A stretch of 64,000 bases of DNA, taken from Candidatus Peregrinibacteria bacterium UBA1369 (GTDB taxonomy: Bacteria; Patescibacteriota; Gracilibacteria; UBA1369). Under the pieces are notes generated by a model. The model made no database searches and was not told where the DNA came from. It was given only the letters and a program-made list of their open reading frames with translations. Shown here one piece after another: positions 28,273 to 37,803 of this stretch. Where the stretch lies: the NCBI GenBank assembly GCA_002305925.1, contig DBRL01000014.1, positions 34,402 to 98,401 of the forward strand, read 5' to 3'. Numbering within the stretch: the stretch's first letter is position 1; every line of letters begins with the position of its first letter. A program made the position numbers and the translations under genes.

Positions 28273-29238
28273 CTACAAGTTAACATTTCGGCCCTTTTTG
28301 TTCAATATTTTCTTTTTTACTGCAATCAAACGGCGCAGCGCGGGATAATGCCGGTCAAAAATTTTCTCGCCGATCTGAACCAGCCCGGAGATTTTGGAAA
28401 ACTCAAACAGACCGATTTTTTCAATATCAATATTGATCATCAGGTCGGGCGCGGATTCGGCCAGGCGATAATTCCAGACCTCCTGGCGAAGTATGTCCAA
28501 CGACCGCATGATGATGGCCCCCAGGAGAGTCATGTCGTCCTTGATGTTTTGGATTTTTTGGCTTAAAAAATGACCCTGCTGGCGACGTTTGTAGAACTTT
28601 TTATAAATGTAGCCGGAAATTACCTGTCGGTTTTTGTCATCATGGATATTCACCCCGACGATCAGATCACAGTTGCCATGCTGGCGCAGCGAGTAGACCG
28701 GACAGTTTTCGAGCAGTCCACCATCGACCAGATAGCGGCCTTCCATCAAGACCGGCTCAAAAATACCGGGTATCGAGGTGGAGGCCCTGATGGCAGATAC
28801 CAATGGGCCTTTGTTGAGCAGCACCGAGGTGCCGGATTCCAGGTCGACCGCCGTGACGGCGAAAGGGATTTTGCAGTCCTCAAAGGTGAAATCGGCAAAA
28901 AGTTCGTTGAGTAGCTGTTCCGTCAGATTTTTTTTGTAAAGACTTTCATGCAGAATGTTGAAATTGGTGATGTTATTCAGGTTGCCGAATTCCGCATAGT
29001 GAAAAATTTTCTCCAGAGCCAGCTCATAATCCAGGCCGAGGGCGTAAACCGCTCCAATCAGAGCGCCCATGCTGGAACCCATGACATAGCTGACGGGAAT
29101 ATTCTCCTCGCGCAGACGCTTGAGCAGGCCGAGCTGGCAAACCGCCCGTGCCGCGCCAGATCCCAGCGCCAGCCCGATGCGTGGGTAAGTCTGTCCATCC
29201 AGTACCGGCCTGGTTGTGGAGAGGGCTTTGGCCGTCAT
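28273..29238 (-). CDS. patatin-like phospholipase
   Basis: GLALGSGAARA (oxyanion GxGxxG), GSSMG (GxSxG) and DGG. Confidence 0.85.
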   Translation of the reverse strand: MTAKALSTTRPVLDGQTYPRIGLALGSGAARAVCQLGLLKRLREENIPVSYVMGSSMGALIGAVYALGLDYELALEKIFHYAEFGNLNNITNFNILHESLYKKNLTEQLLNELFADFTFEDCKIPFAVTAVDLESGTSVLLNKGPLVSAIRASTSIPGIFEPVLMEGRYLVDGGLLENCPVYSLRQHGNCDLIVGVNIHDDKNRQVISGYIYKKFYKRRQQGHFLSQKIQNIKDDMTLLGAIIMRSLDILRQEVWNYRLAESAPDLMINIDIEKIGLFEFSKISGLVQIGEKIFDRHYPALRRLIAVKKKILNKKGRNVNL

Positions 29239-30245
29239 TATTTTTCGAGATTGATTTTGTCGAGCGCTTCCTGCAACACCAGCGGGCTGGACGGAGCTCC
29301 GTGGGTCTCAAAGGTGCCCCATACCGCGCCATTGTTGATAGCAAAAGCCACTGTTCCCGTGTTTCCACCGGTAAACAAACCATCGCTTTGACGCAGGCCC
29401 CCGTCTGCCGCCAATTGACCGAATTTAAATTGTCTCTTTTGCTTTTCTATTTCTATGTGCTGTGGAGACAGGGGGCCGGTTTCCTCTTTCTCTTTACCAC
29501 TGACCGGCAGTTTTTTTTGCCGATCATGCAAATGTGCCGCGAAATAAACCATGTTGGTAAACCGTGCCAGTTTTTCCAGCAGCTGTCCTTCGGCAAGAGA
29601 GGCCAATGACAGGCGCAGCCGCAGATTGGTCAGTCCCAGACTGTTGTCGCCCTGTTCACCCATGTCCACCTCTATGTCCAGACTGATTTGTTCTGGACGC
29701 GTCTTGCCTTTGAGCACGTTTTGCCGAATTTTGTCCGGGTCCAGGGCCAATTGCTGTGAGTGGTCAAAAAGTCCACGCATATAGGCGCGCTGACTAACCG
29801 GCCGGCCAAAATCATCCAGAGCGACGCTTTGATACTCAAACGGTTTTTGCCTGGCGATGTTCTCCCTGGCGGCATCAAAGAGGGCGAGAAATTTTGGCAG
29901 ATCGACGGTGGAATGATGTTCTTTTTTTTCCGCAGGGCGGCCGGGGGGTTCGGGATTGGACAGCTTTTGTTCCATTTCTCGGGCGGCCAGCGCTTTTTCC
30001 TGCTCTTCTGCCTCCGGCGAAAGGGCCGGTTTTTTGGCCGTGTCTTGATCAAAACTCCCGTACCCGAGGTCGGCCCGCAATTTTTGCCGTGACTGTTCAA
30101 AAGCCTTTTTTTCCTCGGCTAAAATTTTCTGCTGTTCTTCCGGGCTGAGGCGGGCAAACTCCTCCGCGCGTTCGGCGCGGATGATTGCCTCCTTTCTTTC
30201 CCAAGATTCAAGGGATTTCGGATCGGGATTGGCCTGAGTGCTCAT
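29238..30245 (-). CDS. hypothetical protein (charged, coiled-coil-like N-terminal half)
   Basis: 335-aa ORF. 1-nt overlap with the patatin start. No motif recognised. Confidence 0.5.
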   Translation of the reverse strand: MSTQANPDPKSLESWERKEAIIRAERAEEFARLSPEEQQKILAEEKKAFEQSRQKLRADLGYGSFDQDTAKKPALSPEAEEQEKALAAREMEQKLSNPEPPGRPAEKKEHHSTVDLPKFLALFDAARENIARQKPFEYQSVALDDFGRPVSQRAYMRGLFDHSQQLALDPDKIRQNVLKGKTRPEQISLDIEVDMGEQGDNSLGLTNLRLRLSLASLAEGQLLEKLARFTNMVYFAAHLHDRQKKLPVSGKEKEETGPLSPQHIEIEKQKRQFKFGQLAADGGLRQSDGLFTGGNTGTVAFAINNGAVWGTFETHGAPSSPLVLQEALDKINLEK

Positions 30246-30906
30246 TTTTGGTTTTGATTAGTGCCCAGAGTGAGAGGGCGAAAATTATAACAATCAGTAT
30301 TTGCTGGGTGAAACAATAGACACAGATGGCCTGGAGGACGAAAAGCTCTATATCAGTCAAGTATAGCGAAAAACCGACTCCAAATAAAGCCAATACGGTG
30401 ACAGTGGCACCAATTTCAACGGTGCGGTTGTTCGCGCCGCGGGCGAACCGGTAAATCCAGATATATAATAGTGTCATCAAAAGGAGACGGATCAGCGCCG
30501 CCCCGATGTTGGCGTTCAAAAGGGTGAATTCGAATATCGTCAGACCAAAACCGGCCAGCAGGGAGAGCAGGGTGGCGGCGCGAAGCAGGAAGGTGGCCCC
30601 GCCGAAGCGGCGGGCCAGGCCAGCCAGGTTGTAATTTTTCCAGAGGGCGAAAAAGGCCGAGGAAAGAAAGAGATAGTAAAAAAAGCCCAAAATTGCCACT
30701 GGAATACCCAGAAATACGGCGAAGTTGCTTTTGTTGACCCGGTCACAATTCCAATAATCATCGATATTGCAAAAATTACCGGCGGCAGGGTTTTCATAAT
30801 GGGCCATAATCAACAAAACTGTCACAAACACGGCGGTCAGCGATAAAAGCAGGGAAAAGAGATGTGTCTTGGAAAGCCCGCCAGGCCGCTGTGCAGAAAT
30901 ATTCAT
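30208..30906 (-). CDS. vitamin K epoxide reductase (VKOR) family membrane protein
   Basis: Loop cysteines (FCNIDDYWNCDRV) and the active-site CVYC in a TM helix. Polytopic. Confidence 0.8.
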   Translation of the reverse strand: MNISAQRPGGLSKTHLFSLLLSLTAVFVTVLLIMAHYENPAAGNFCNIDDYWNCDRVNKSNFAVFLGIPVAILGFFYYLFLSSAFFALWKNYNLAGLARRFGGATFLLRAATLLSLLAGFGLTIFEFTLLNANIGAALIRLLLMTLLYIWIYRFARGANNRTVEIGATVTVLALFGVGFSLYLTDIELFVLQAICVYCFTQQILIVIIFALSLWALIKTKNEHSGQSRSEIP

Positions 30907-31192
30907 CTTTTTGAAGGTTATTGGAACATGTTGTGCCCGAATTTTAAACTATTTATGCACTAAAGTTCAAACCTTACACAGTAGAACAACCGTTTGCCGG
31001 TAAGGGTGGTTTTGCCTTGAAGTCACAAAAAAGTTTTGAACAGGTTACCCAGAAGTTTTGCACCGTAAAGACCATTGTGTTTAAAAAAAGTAAAGGGCTT
31101 TCTATTACTGGATAAATAAATTAAGGGTAAAGAGATAAATCTATTAACAGGAAGTTTGTGCATGTTGAAAAGTGCAAATCTGGGGAGGGGAC

Positions 31193-31220
31193 TTGAAAGG
31201 GGCTGAAGTCTGTTTATAAT
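31193..31220 (+). promoter_or_regulatory. candidate sigma70-type promoter for dnaN
   Basis: TTGAAA-N16-TATAAT, with the -10 element ending 34 nt before the dnaN ATG. Confidence 0.4.
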
Positions 31221-31254
31221 GGGCGGGATAAATCAGACTCTTTAAGAAACCCCC

Positions 31255-32367
31255 ATGAAACTTGTATGCACACAGGCCGATCTGGACGCCGCTCTGAACA
31301 TTGTCGGCAAAGCCATTAATCAGAACACTACCCTGCCGGTTCTGAACAACGTACTTTTGAAGGCTGAGGGCGGGCGGCTCAATTTCGCCGGTACCAATCT
31401 GGAGATTGCCATACAGTGTTTCGTCAGCGCAGAGATCAAGGCGGAGGGCGCGATTACTGTTCCGGCCAAACTCCTGGTAAGTTATATTTCGCTATTGAAG
31501 GACGAATCGGTGGAATTATCGGTCGATGAAAGCAACACTTTGTTGATCAAGGCCGCCAGTTCCCAGACCAAAATCAAAGGCATTTCCGCCGAGGAATTTC
31601 CAATAATTCCGACTGTCAGTAAAGATCAGGTTTTCCGGGTGGCGAGAAAGGATCTAGATCTGGCCATTAGTCAGACGGTTTTCGCAGCGGCCACCAACAC
31701 CGCCAGGCCGGTACTCTCCGGTATTCTTTTTGACCTGAAGAAAGACTCTTTCAAAATGGTGGCCACGGACAGTTATCGTCTGGCTGAAAAATCAGTGAAG
31801 CCGCTGGAAGCGGTGGATTTTGATCTGCAGGCTATTGTGCCGGCCAGAACAGTGGGTGAATTGGGCAAGATCATCGGTAAATCCAGCGCAGATTCGGTAG
31901 AGATTACGGTTTCGAAAAACCAGATTCTCTTTGTGGTAGGTGATACGCGGATGATTTCCCGGCTGATTGAGGGCAAGTTCCCGGATTATGAGAAAATCAT
32001 TCCTCATGGCAGCAAGACAACCATCGACGTGAAAACCGACGAATTGTCGCTGGTGGTTCGGAGGGTGGCGCTTTTTGCCCGTGAAAACAACAATAATATC
32101 AAATGTTCGGTCACCAATGACGGCAAACTGACGGTCTCCACCGATGAAACAAAAGTTGGTGAGGAAAAGGCGGAAATTAGTGGCAACGTGACCGGTGAAA
32201 ACAACAAGATCGCCCTTAACGCACAGTATTTGCTGGACGTGCTCAATTTTATCCAATCCGAAGAAATCACTATTGAGCTTGACGACAAGCTTTCGCCTGC
32301 TGTAATTAGGATAAGCAAAGAGTCTGAAAAGACTTATATGTACATCATCATGCCGCTCAAGATTTAG
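31255..32367 (+). CDS. dnaN: DNA polymerase III beta sliding clamp
   Basis: 370 aa. LPVLNNVLLKAEGGRLNFAGTNLEIAI; full-length clamp pattern. Confidence 0.95.
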   Translation: MKLVCTQADLDAALNIVGKAINQNTTLPVLNNVLLKAEGGRLNFAGTNLEIAIQCFVSAEIKAEGAITVPAKLLVSYISLLKDESVELSVDESNTLLIKAASSQTKIKGISAEEFPIIPTVSKDQVFRVARKDLDLAISQTVFAAATNTARPVLSGILFDLKKDSFKMVATDSYRLAEKSVKPLEAVDFDLQAIVPARTVGELGKIIGKSSADSVEITVSKNQILFVVGDTRMISRLIEGKFPDYEKIIPHGSKTTIDVKTDELSLVVRRVALFARENNNNIKCSVTNDGKLTVSTDETKVGEEKAEISGNVTGENNKIALNAQYLLDVLNFIQSEEITIELDDKLSPAVIRISKESEKTYMYIIMPLKI

Positions 32368-32407
32368 CCTTTTTGGGCTTACGGGGGGGGTTTAGAGAAG
32401 TTTGGTC

Positions 32408-35400
32408 ATGAGCAAAACAGCAAACCTGATCCGCTTTTTGCCGACCGTGCTCAATGCACGTGTTTTGGATATGTTTGAGCGGAAAAAAACTTTTAGCGTC
32501 TCGGGGTCGGCCAATCATTCGTCGAAGGTTTTTACCGTTGTGGACGCTTTGAAAGACCAGAAAAAGATTATTGGTGGAGTCTGGATTGTCAACAATCTTC
32601 AGGAGGCTGATCAGGTTGGTAAAAATTTGCGTTTGTGGGGCAAGTACGATGTGCAGGGGTTTGATTCACGGCTGGAACAGACTGTTCCCAGCCGGGTCGA
32701 CAGATTGCGCAAAATGAAGACGATGGAGCTCTTGGCCCTGCTGCGCAGTGAGGAAAAGAGGTTTCTGATTCTGCCCTATTTTGAACTGCTGAAAAGGTCT
32801 CCCGATCCGGAATGGGTCGACAAAACGATGCTTAAGCTGGAAAAGGGTAAAACGATAAATCTGATGGCTTTTTATGAAAGCCTGATTGCCATGGGTTATG
32901 AGATTTCTGAGGACGTGCATTTACAAAAAGGAACATATTTTCGCAGTGGCGACGTTTTGACTGTTTTTCCAGTTAATTCTACTGTGCCGTTGCGCCTTTC
33001 GCTGGGATTTGAGACCGTGGAAAGTCTGGAGTATTTTGACCAGGACAGTGTTGATAAGGACGTTCTTCTGGACGTATCCAGCGCCACAGTTTGGCCGATT
33101 TTTTTCGAAGAATCGGAGCGGATGCTGACCGACGTTTTTCGCAAGGACAACCTGGTGGTAGAGGACGATCTGGAGATTTTTGACGAATTTTATGAGGACT
33201 GGAACGCCAGCTTCAACGAGGTTTACAACCGGAACCAGGTACTGAGTTTTGTGACTTTCAACGAGGACGAATCGAACCATTTGCACCTGCATTATCTTTC
33301 GGTTTTGCGCTATCGCGGAGCTTATGACCTGGTCAATGATTTTAAAGAAAAAACCAAAGACGCCTGGAACATCATCTTCTTTACCAAGAAAAAGGCCGAG
33401 CTGCAGGAAATTTTCAATGACAACAAGCTGATTTACAATGAAGACCTGTCGCAATTCGGTTATGGGCATTACCGGATCTTTTTGGTGGAAATGGAAAAAG
33501 AAGGTTTTTTTCCACAGGCTTTTCAGAACCCGGAAAGCAGGCTGATGGTTCTTTCGGACCGCGATATTTCCTCCTTGCAGGAAGAGAAAAAACGGGCCGC
33601 CAACCAGAAGGTTTTCATGGATTTTCTGGCTTCCCTGAAGGTTAACGATTATGTGGTGCATGTCGATCATGGTATCGGTCTTTTTCTAGGGCTGGAGCAG
33701 AGGAAAATCGACGAATTGACCAAGGAATATCTGAAAATTGGCTATGCTGAGAACGACAAATTGTTTGTGCCGATCGATCAGGCCGACAAAATCAACAAAT
33801 TTATCGGTGCTGACGAGAATCCCCCCAAACTGACGCGGCTCGGGTCGGCGGAATGGAACTCCATCACCAAAAAGGTCAAAAAGGAAACTGAACAGATTGC
33901 CAAGGAGCTGCTGGGTATTTATGCCGAGCGTAAGAGCGCCAGCGGATTTGCTTTTAAATATTTTGAAAAGCAGATGCGGGCTTTTGAAGAAAGCTTTGAG
34001 TATGAGGATACGCCAGGGCAGATGAAATCCGCCAAGGACGTGCTGGATGATATGTGTCGCGATATTCCGATGGACAGGCTGGTTTGCGGGGACGTGGGGT
34101 TTGGCAAGACCGAGGTGGCGATGCGGGCGGCTTTTTTGTCTTTTTTGAACAAAAAACAAACCGCTTTGGTGGCGCCTATCACCATTCTCGCAGATCAGCA
34201 TTACCGTTCTTTTGTGAAGCGCATGGCTGCTTTCAAGGTGCGGGTGGAAATGCTGTCGCGTTTTCGTTCCCCGGCCGAGCAGAAACGTATTGTCGATAAA
34301 CTGGCCAAAGGAGAGATTGATATTATTATCGGGACGCACCGTTTGTTGCAGAAGGATATCAAGTTCAAAGATTTGGGACTGGTGATTGTCGATGAGGAAC
34401 AGCGTTTCGGGGTGAAACAAAAGGAGGTTTTCAAAAAAATCAAGGCTGATGTAGATTTTCTGACCCTGACTGCCACGCCGATTCCGCGCACGCTTAATAT
34501 TGCCTTAAATAAACTGCGGGACATTTCGACGATAGTTACTCCGCCGCCAGGACGTTTGCCGATTATAACGGAAGTGAGACGCTTCTCGTTGGGACTGGTG
34601 CGCGAGGCCATACTGAACGAAGTGAAGAGGCAGGGGCAGGTTTATTTTTTACATAACCGCGTGCAAACTATTGACAGTTTGGCCGATAAGTTGCGTGTGC
34701 TGGTGCCGGAGGCCAAATTTGGCGTTGCTCATGGGCAGCTTGGTTCCGGCGATCTGGAGGAAAGGATTGTTGCCTTTAAGGATCATCAGTTTGACGTGCT
34801 GGTTTCCTCGACCATTATTGAAAACGGCATCGACCTTTCCAATGCCAACACTCTGGTGGTTAACAATGCAGAAAAGTTTGGTCTGGCACAGCTCTATCAG
34901 TTGCGCGGGCGCGTGGGACGTAGTAAGCGGCAGGCCTATGCCTATTTTATGTATCACGGACAGCGTCTGAAGCTGGATGCCAAGAAGCGCCTGAAGGCTA
35001 TCGTTGAGGCTTCTGAGCTCGGTTCGGGATTTCAGATTGCCATGAAGGATCTGGAAATCCGTGGGGCCGGCGATATTCTTGGAGCCAAGCAGCATGGCGT
35101 GATTAATGTGGTTGGTGTCAGTCATTTTATACGGATGCTGAACAAGGCTGTGGAGGACCTGAAGGCTGGCCGGGTGATGCGCGAAGAGGAGCCGGAAGAT
35201 ATCGCGGTGGAATTGCCGATCAGTGCTTTTATTCCCGATCAATACATTACCAATACCAAGGAAAAGGTGGCCGTCTATCAGAAGCTGTCTGCCGCGGACA
35301 CGGTTGATTATTTGCAATCGGTGCGTGAGGAACTGGTTTCCGACTATGGTGCTTTGCCGCTGGAGGTGATTAATTTTCTCAAGGTGATTGAAATGAAGAT

Positions 35401-35650
35401 CCTGGCCAAGCAGGCCGGCATTGTCGGAGTGAAAGCAGAAAGCGTTTATCTGACCAAAGACAAGGAAATACTCTTGCAGATGAGCAATCTGGTCAAACCG
35501 GAAAACATTATGAATCTGCTGGACTACAACAATAAATGGATGATTTCCGGGAACAAGTTGAAAATTAAAATTGAGGATTTGGGATTTCAGTGGGTTGACG
35601 AGCTGAACAGTTGTCTTAAAAGACTTGCGGAGAAGGTGAAAGTGGCGTGA
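32408..35650 (+). CDS. mfd: transcription-repair coupling factor
   Basis: About 1080 aa. CarD-like segment (YVVHVDHGIG), helicase motifs GDVGFGKTEVAMRAAF, DEEQRFG and TATPIPRTL, and a TRCF C-terminus. Confidence 0.9.
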   Translation: MSKTANLIRFLPTVLNARVLDMFERKKTFSVSGSANHSSKVFTVVDALKDQKKIIGGVWIVNNLQEADQVGKNLRLWGKYDVQGFDSRLEQTVPSRVDRLRKMKTMELLALLRSEEKRFLILPYFELLKRSPDPEWVDKTMLKLEKGKTINLMAFYESLIAMGYEISEDVHLQKGTYFRSGDVLTVFPVNSTVPLRLSLGFETVESLEYFDQDSVDKDVLLDVSSATVWPIFFEESERMLTDVFRKDNLVVEDDLEIFDEFYEDWNASFNEVYNRNQVLSFVTFNEDESNHLHLHYLSVLRYRGAYDLVNDFKEKTKDAWNIIFFTKKKAELQEIFNDNKLIYNEDLSQFGYGHYRIFLVEMEKEGFFPQAFQNPESRLMVLSDRDISSLQEEKKRAANQKVFMDFLASLKVNDYVVHVDHGIGLFLGLEQRKIDELTKEYLKIGYAENDKLFVPIDQADKINKFIGADENPPKLTRLGSAEWNSITKKVKKETEQIAKELLGIYAERKSASGFAFKYFEKQMRAFEESFEYEDTPGQMKSAKDVLDDMCRDIPMDRLVCGDVGFGKTEVAMRAAFLSFLNKKQTALVAPITILADQHYRSFVKRMAAFKVRVEMLSRFRSPAEQKRIVDKLAKGEIDIIIGTHRLLQKDIKFKDLGLVIVDEEQRFGVKQKEVFKKIKADVDFLTLTATPIPRTLNIALNKLRDISTIVTPPPGRLPIITEVRRFSLGLVREAILNEVKRQGQVYFLHNRVQTIDSLADKLRVLVPEAKFGVAHGQLGSGDLEERIVAFKDHQFDVLVSSTIIENGIDLSNANTLVVNNAEKFGLAQLYQLRGRVGRSKRQAYAYFMYHGQRLKLDAKKRLKAIVEASELGSGFQIAMKDLEIRGAGDILGAKQHGVINVVGVSHFIRMLNKAVEDLKAGRVMREEEPEDIAVELPISAFIPDQYITNTKEKVAVYQKLSAADTVDYLQSVREELVSDYGALPLEVINFLKVIEMKILAKQAGIVGVKAESVYLTKDKEILLQMSNLVKPENIMNLLDYNNKWMISGNKLKIKIEDLGFQWVDELNSCLKRLAEKVKVA

Positions 35651-35752
35651 AGTTTGTGGAAAAGTAGGTGCAAAAGTGGAAATATCGGTGGATAAGTGTT
35701 GGCTGTTTGTGCAAAATGCGATACATCTTGGTGCAGAAAGTCAGATTTTTTC

Positions 35753-37132
35753 ATGGTGGCCATGAATTTACCAGACAGGACAAACAGGACGGTCAAAGTG
35801 GAGGAGCTGCGGTCGTCGATGAATGGAAAGGGTGATTTGCCCGGGAAGCTGATTGTATGCGGCAGGGTGGTTGGAATTATCGATCATGGTGAGGAGACCG
35901 GTTATATTTTGCAGGACGATACCGGCAGGTTGGTGGTGCGCGACTATCAGTACCCAAAAGTGGGTTCTCTGATCGAGCAACAGCTGGTAATGGATGAAAA
36001 GGGGCAGTTTTTTCCAGTAGGGGCTGCACGTTTGCTGGCTGACTGTGAGGATTTTTATATTTCCCAGAACAGTTCGCCCAATTACAAAAAAATGGTGATT
36101 GATGAAAATTTGCGTGAAAAACTGCTTTTGCGCGGGAAGGTGGTGGCGGCGATCAGGGATTTTTTCCTGGCCCGCGATTTTCTGGAAACCGATACGCCCT
36201 GTCTGGTGCGGTTGCCGGGGATGGAGCCTTATCTGGACGTTTTTCGGACGCGTTTGGAGGCGCAGTTGGCCGGGGAGCAGCAGTTGTCAGAGGATATGTA
36301 TCTGATCACTTCTCCCGAGTATGCGATGAAAAAATTGCTGGCCGGAGGCCTGGAAAAGATTTTCCAGCTGACCAGGTCTTTTCGCAACAAGGAAACTTTT
36401 AGTGAGCGGCACAATCCTGAATTTACCATTTTGGAGTGGTATCGGGCCTATGCCAGCTATCTGGAAATCATGGATGATACCGAGGCGCTGGTGAAATATC
36501 TCTGGTCGCGTCTGGGGCCGAAAAACCCTGACGGGACGGTCGCGCCCCTGCAGTGGAACGGATCTACCATCGACATGACCGCTGCCTGGCGTCGAATTTC
36601 GGTGCTTCAGGCTTTCCGCGAATATGCGCGGGTGGATGAGCAAACCTTTTTTGATCAGGAAAAGCTGCGGAACGTGGTGAAAGATCGTGGTTATTCATGT
36701 AATGAGGCGACAGGTTATGACGATCTCTTTTATACGATTTTTTTGAATGAAATTGAGCCGGTTTTGGGCAAGGAGGTGCCGGTAATTCTCTATGATTATC
36801 CATTGTCCATGGCTGCTTTGTCCAAACCCTCGCAGAGTGACGGACGACTGGCGGAGCGGTTTGAGGCCTATATTGGAGGTTTGGAGCTCTGCAACGCTTT
36901 CAGTGAACTGAACGATCCGCAGGAGCAGGAAAAACGGTTGACTGAAGAGAGAGAACAGCGTCGTCGCTTGGGAAAAGAGCTCTATGCCGTTGATTCAACT
37001 TTCATTGAGGCTCTCAAATTCGGTATGCCGCCGGCCGGCGGCAATGCATTGGGGGTGGACAGACTGATTATGCTACTGGCCGGGGAGAAGGATATCAACA
37101 ATGTTCTTTTTTTTCCGCAGCGAGATTTATAG
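35753..37132 (+). CDS. epmA: EpmA/GenX-like EF-P lysine ligase paralog of class II LysRS, with an extra N-terminal OB-like domain
   Basis: The core aligns by eye to EpmA (ETDTPCL, ITSPEYAMKKLL, FQLTRSFRNKE, HNPEFTILEWYR, ERFEAYIGGLELCNAFSELND, IEALKFGMPPAGGNALGVDRLIML). The N-terminal ~150 aa contain an OB-type strand pattern (VCGRVVGIIDHGEETGYILQDDTGRLVV). Sits next to efp. Confidence 0.7.
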   Translation: MVAMNLPDRTNRTVKVEELRSSMNGKGDLPGKLIVCGRVVGIIDHGEETGYILQDDTGRLVVRDYQYPKVGSLIEQQLVMDEKGQFFPVGAARLLADCEDFYISQNSSPNYKKMVIDENLREKLLLRGKVVAAIRDFFLARDFLETDTPCLVRLPGMEPYLDVFRTRLEAQLAGEQQLSEDMYLITSPEYAMKKLLAGGLEKIFQLTRSFRNKETFSERHNPEFTILEWYRAYASYLEIMDDTEALVKYLWSRLGPKNPDGTVAPLQWNGSTIDMTAAWRRISVLQAFREYARVDEQTFFDQEKLRNVVKDRGYSCNEATGYDDLFYTIFLNEIEPVLGKEVPVILYDYPLSMAALSKPSQSDGRLAERFEAYIGGLELCNAFSELNDPQEQEKRLTEEREQRRRLGKELYAVDSTFIEALKFGMPPAGGNALGVDRLIMLLAGEKDINNVLFFPQRDL

Positions 37133-37182
37133 AGGCGCCTTTTATAAGGCACCGTGGAGGTGTGCCGGGAGGCGATTTCGTT

Positions 37183-37211
37183 TTGACTAGCGCCGCAAAG
37201 TTGACTAGTAT
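37183..37211 (+). promoter_or_regulatory. candidate promoter for efp
   Basis: TTGACT-N17-TAGTAT. TTGACTAG occurs twice, 18 bp apart. Confidence 0.3.
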
Positions 37212-37240
37212 AGCCGCGCGTAAGGCTTAAGAACAACAAC

Positions 37241-37801
37241 ATGAACACATCCGACTTCAAAAAGGGTGCCGCCATCAAATATAATGGTGAGACCTGCATT
37301 ATTCTGAGTTATCAGTTTGTCAATCCCGGCAAGGGATCGGCCTTTACCCGCACCAAGCTGAAAAACGCCAAATCGGGTAAAATTTTTGAGGTCAGTTTTC
37401 GCAGCGGTGAGAGCATTGATGAGGCCAACGTGGAATACCGCAATTGCCAGTATCTCTACAATGATGGCAAGGACATGACTTTTATGGACAGTTCGACTTA
37501 TGAGCAGTTCATTTTGCCGCTGGAAAATGTCGGGGATATGCAAAATTATATTGTGGACGGCAGCGAGGTGATTGTCGTTTTTATCGACGGCGCACCTTTT
37601 ACCATACAGCTTCCGCCAAAGATGAACTTCCGCGTGATCGAGGCTCCGCCCGGAGACAAGGGCGATACCGCTACCGGCGGCTCGAAGCAGGTGGTGTTGG
37701 AAACCGGAGTGAAGGTTAATGTGCCTCTTTTTATCAAGGAGGGGGACACTGTGAAAGTGAACACCGATACCGGTGAATACGTGGAAAGGGTCAGCCAGTA
37801 G
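37241..37801 (+). CDS. efp: elongation factor P
   Basis: 186 aa. The loop VNPGKGSAFTRTKLKN carries the modifiable Lys. Confidence 0.95.
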   Translation: MNTSDFKKGAAIKYNGETCIILSYQFVNPGKGSAFTRTKLKNAKSGKIFEVSFRSGESIDEANVEYRNCQYLYNDGKDMTFMDSSTYEQFILPLENVGDMQNYIVDGSEVIVVFIDGAPFTIQLPPKMNFRVIEAPPGDKGDTATGGSKQVVLETGVKVNVPLFIKEGDTVKVNTDTGEYVERVSQ

Positions 37802-37803
37802 AA

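Noticed and set aside
28273-29238. Patatin as a CBASS-type defence effector
   Set aside because: No cyclase/nucleotidyltransferase, sensor domain or other defence gene is adjacent. It is embedded in a housekeeping operon (rny, trxB).
30907-31254. Possible oriC upstream of dnaN
   Set aside because: No dnaA gene is adjacent. Only weak partial DnaA-box matches are present (TTATGCACT, cTGGATAAa, GGGATAAa), and there is no clear box cluster or AT-rich unwinding repeats. Only a promoter call is kept.
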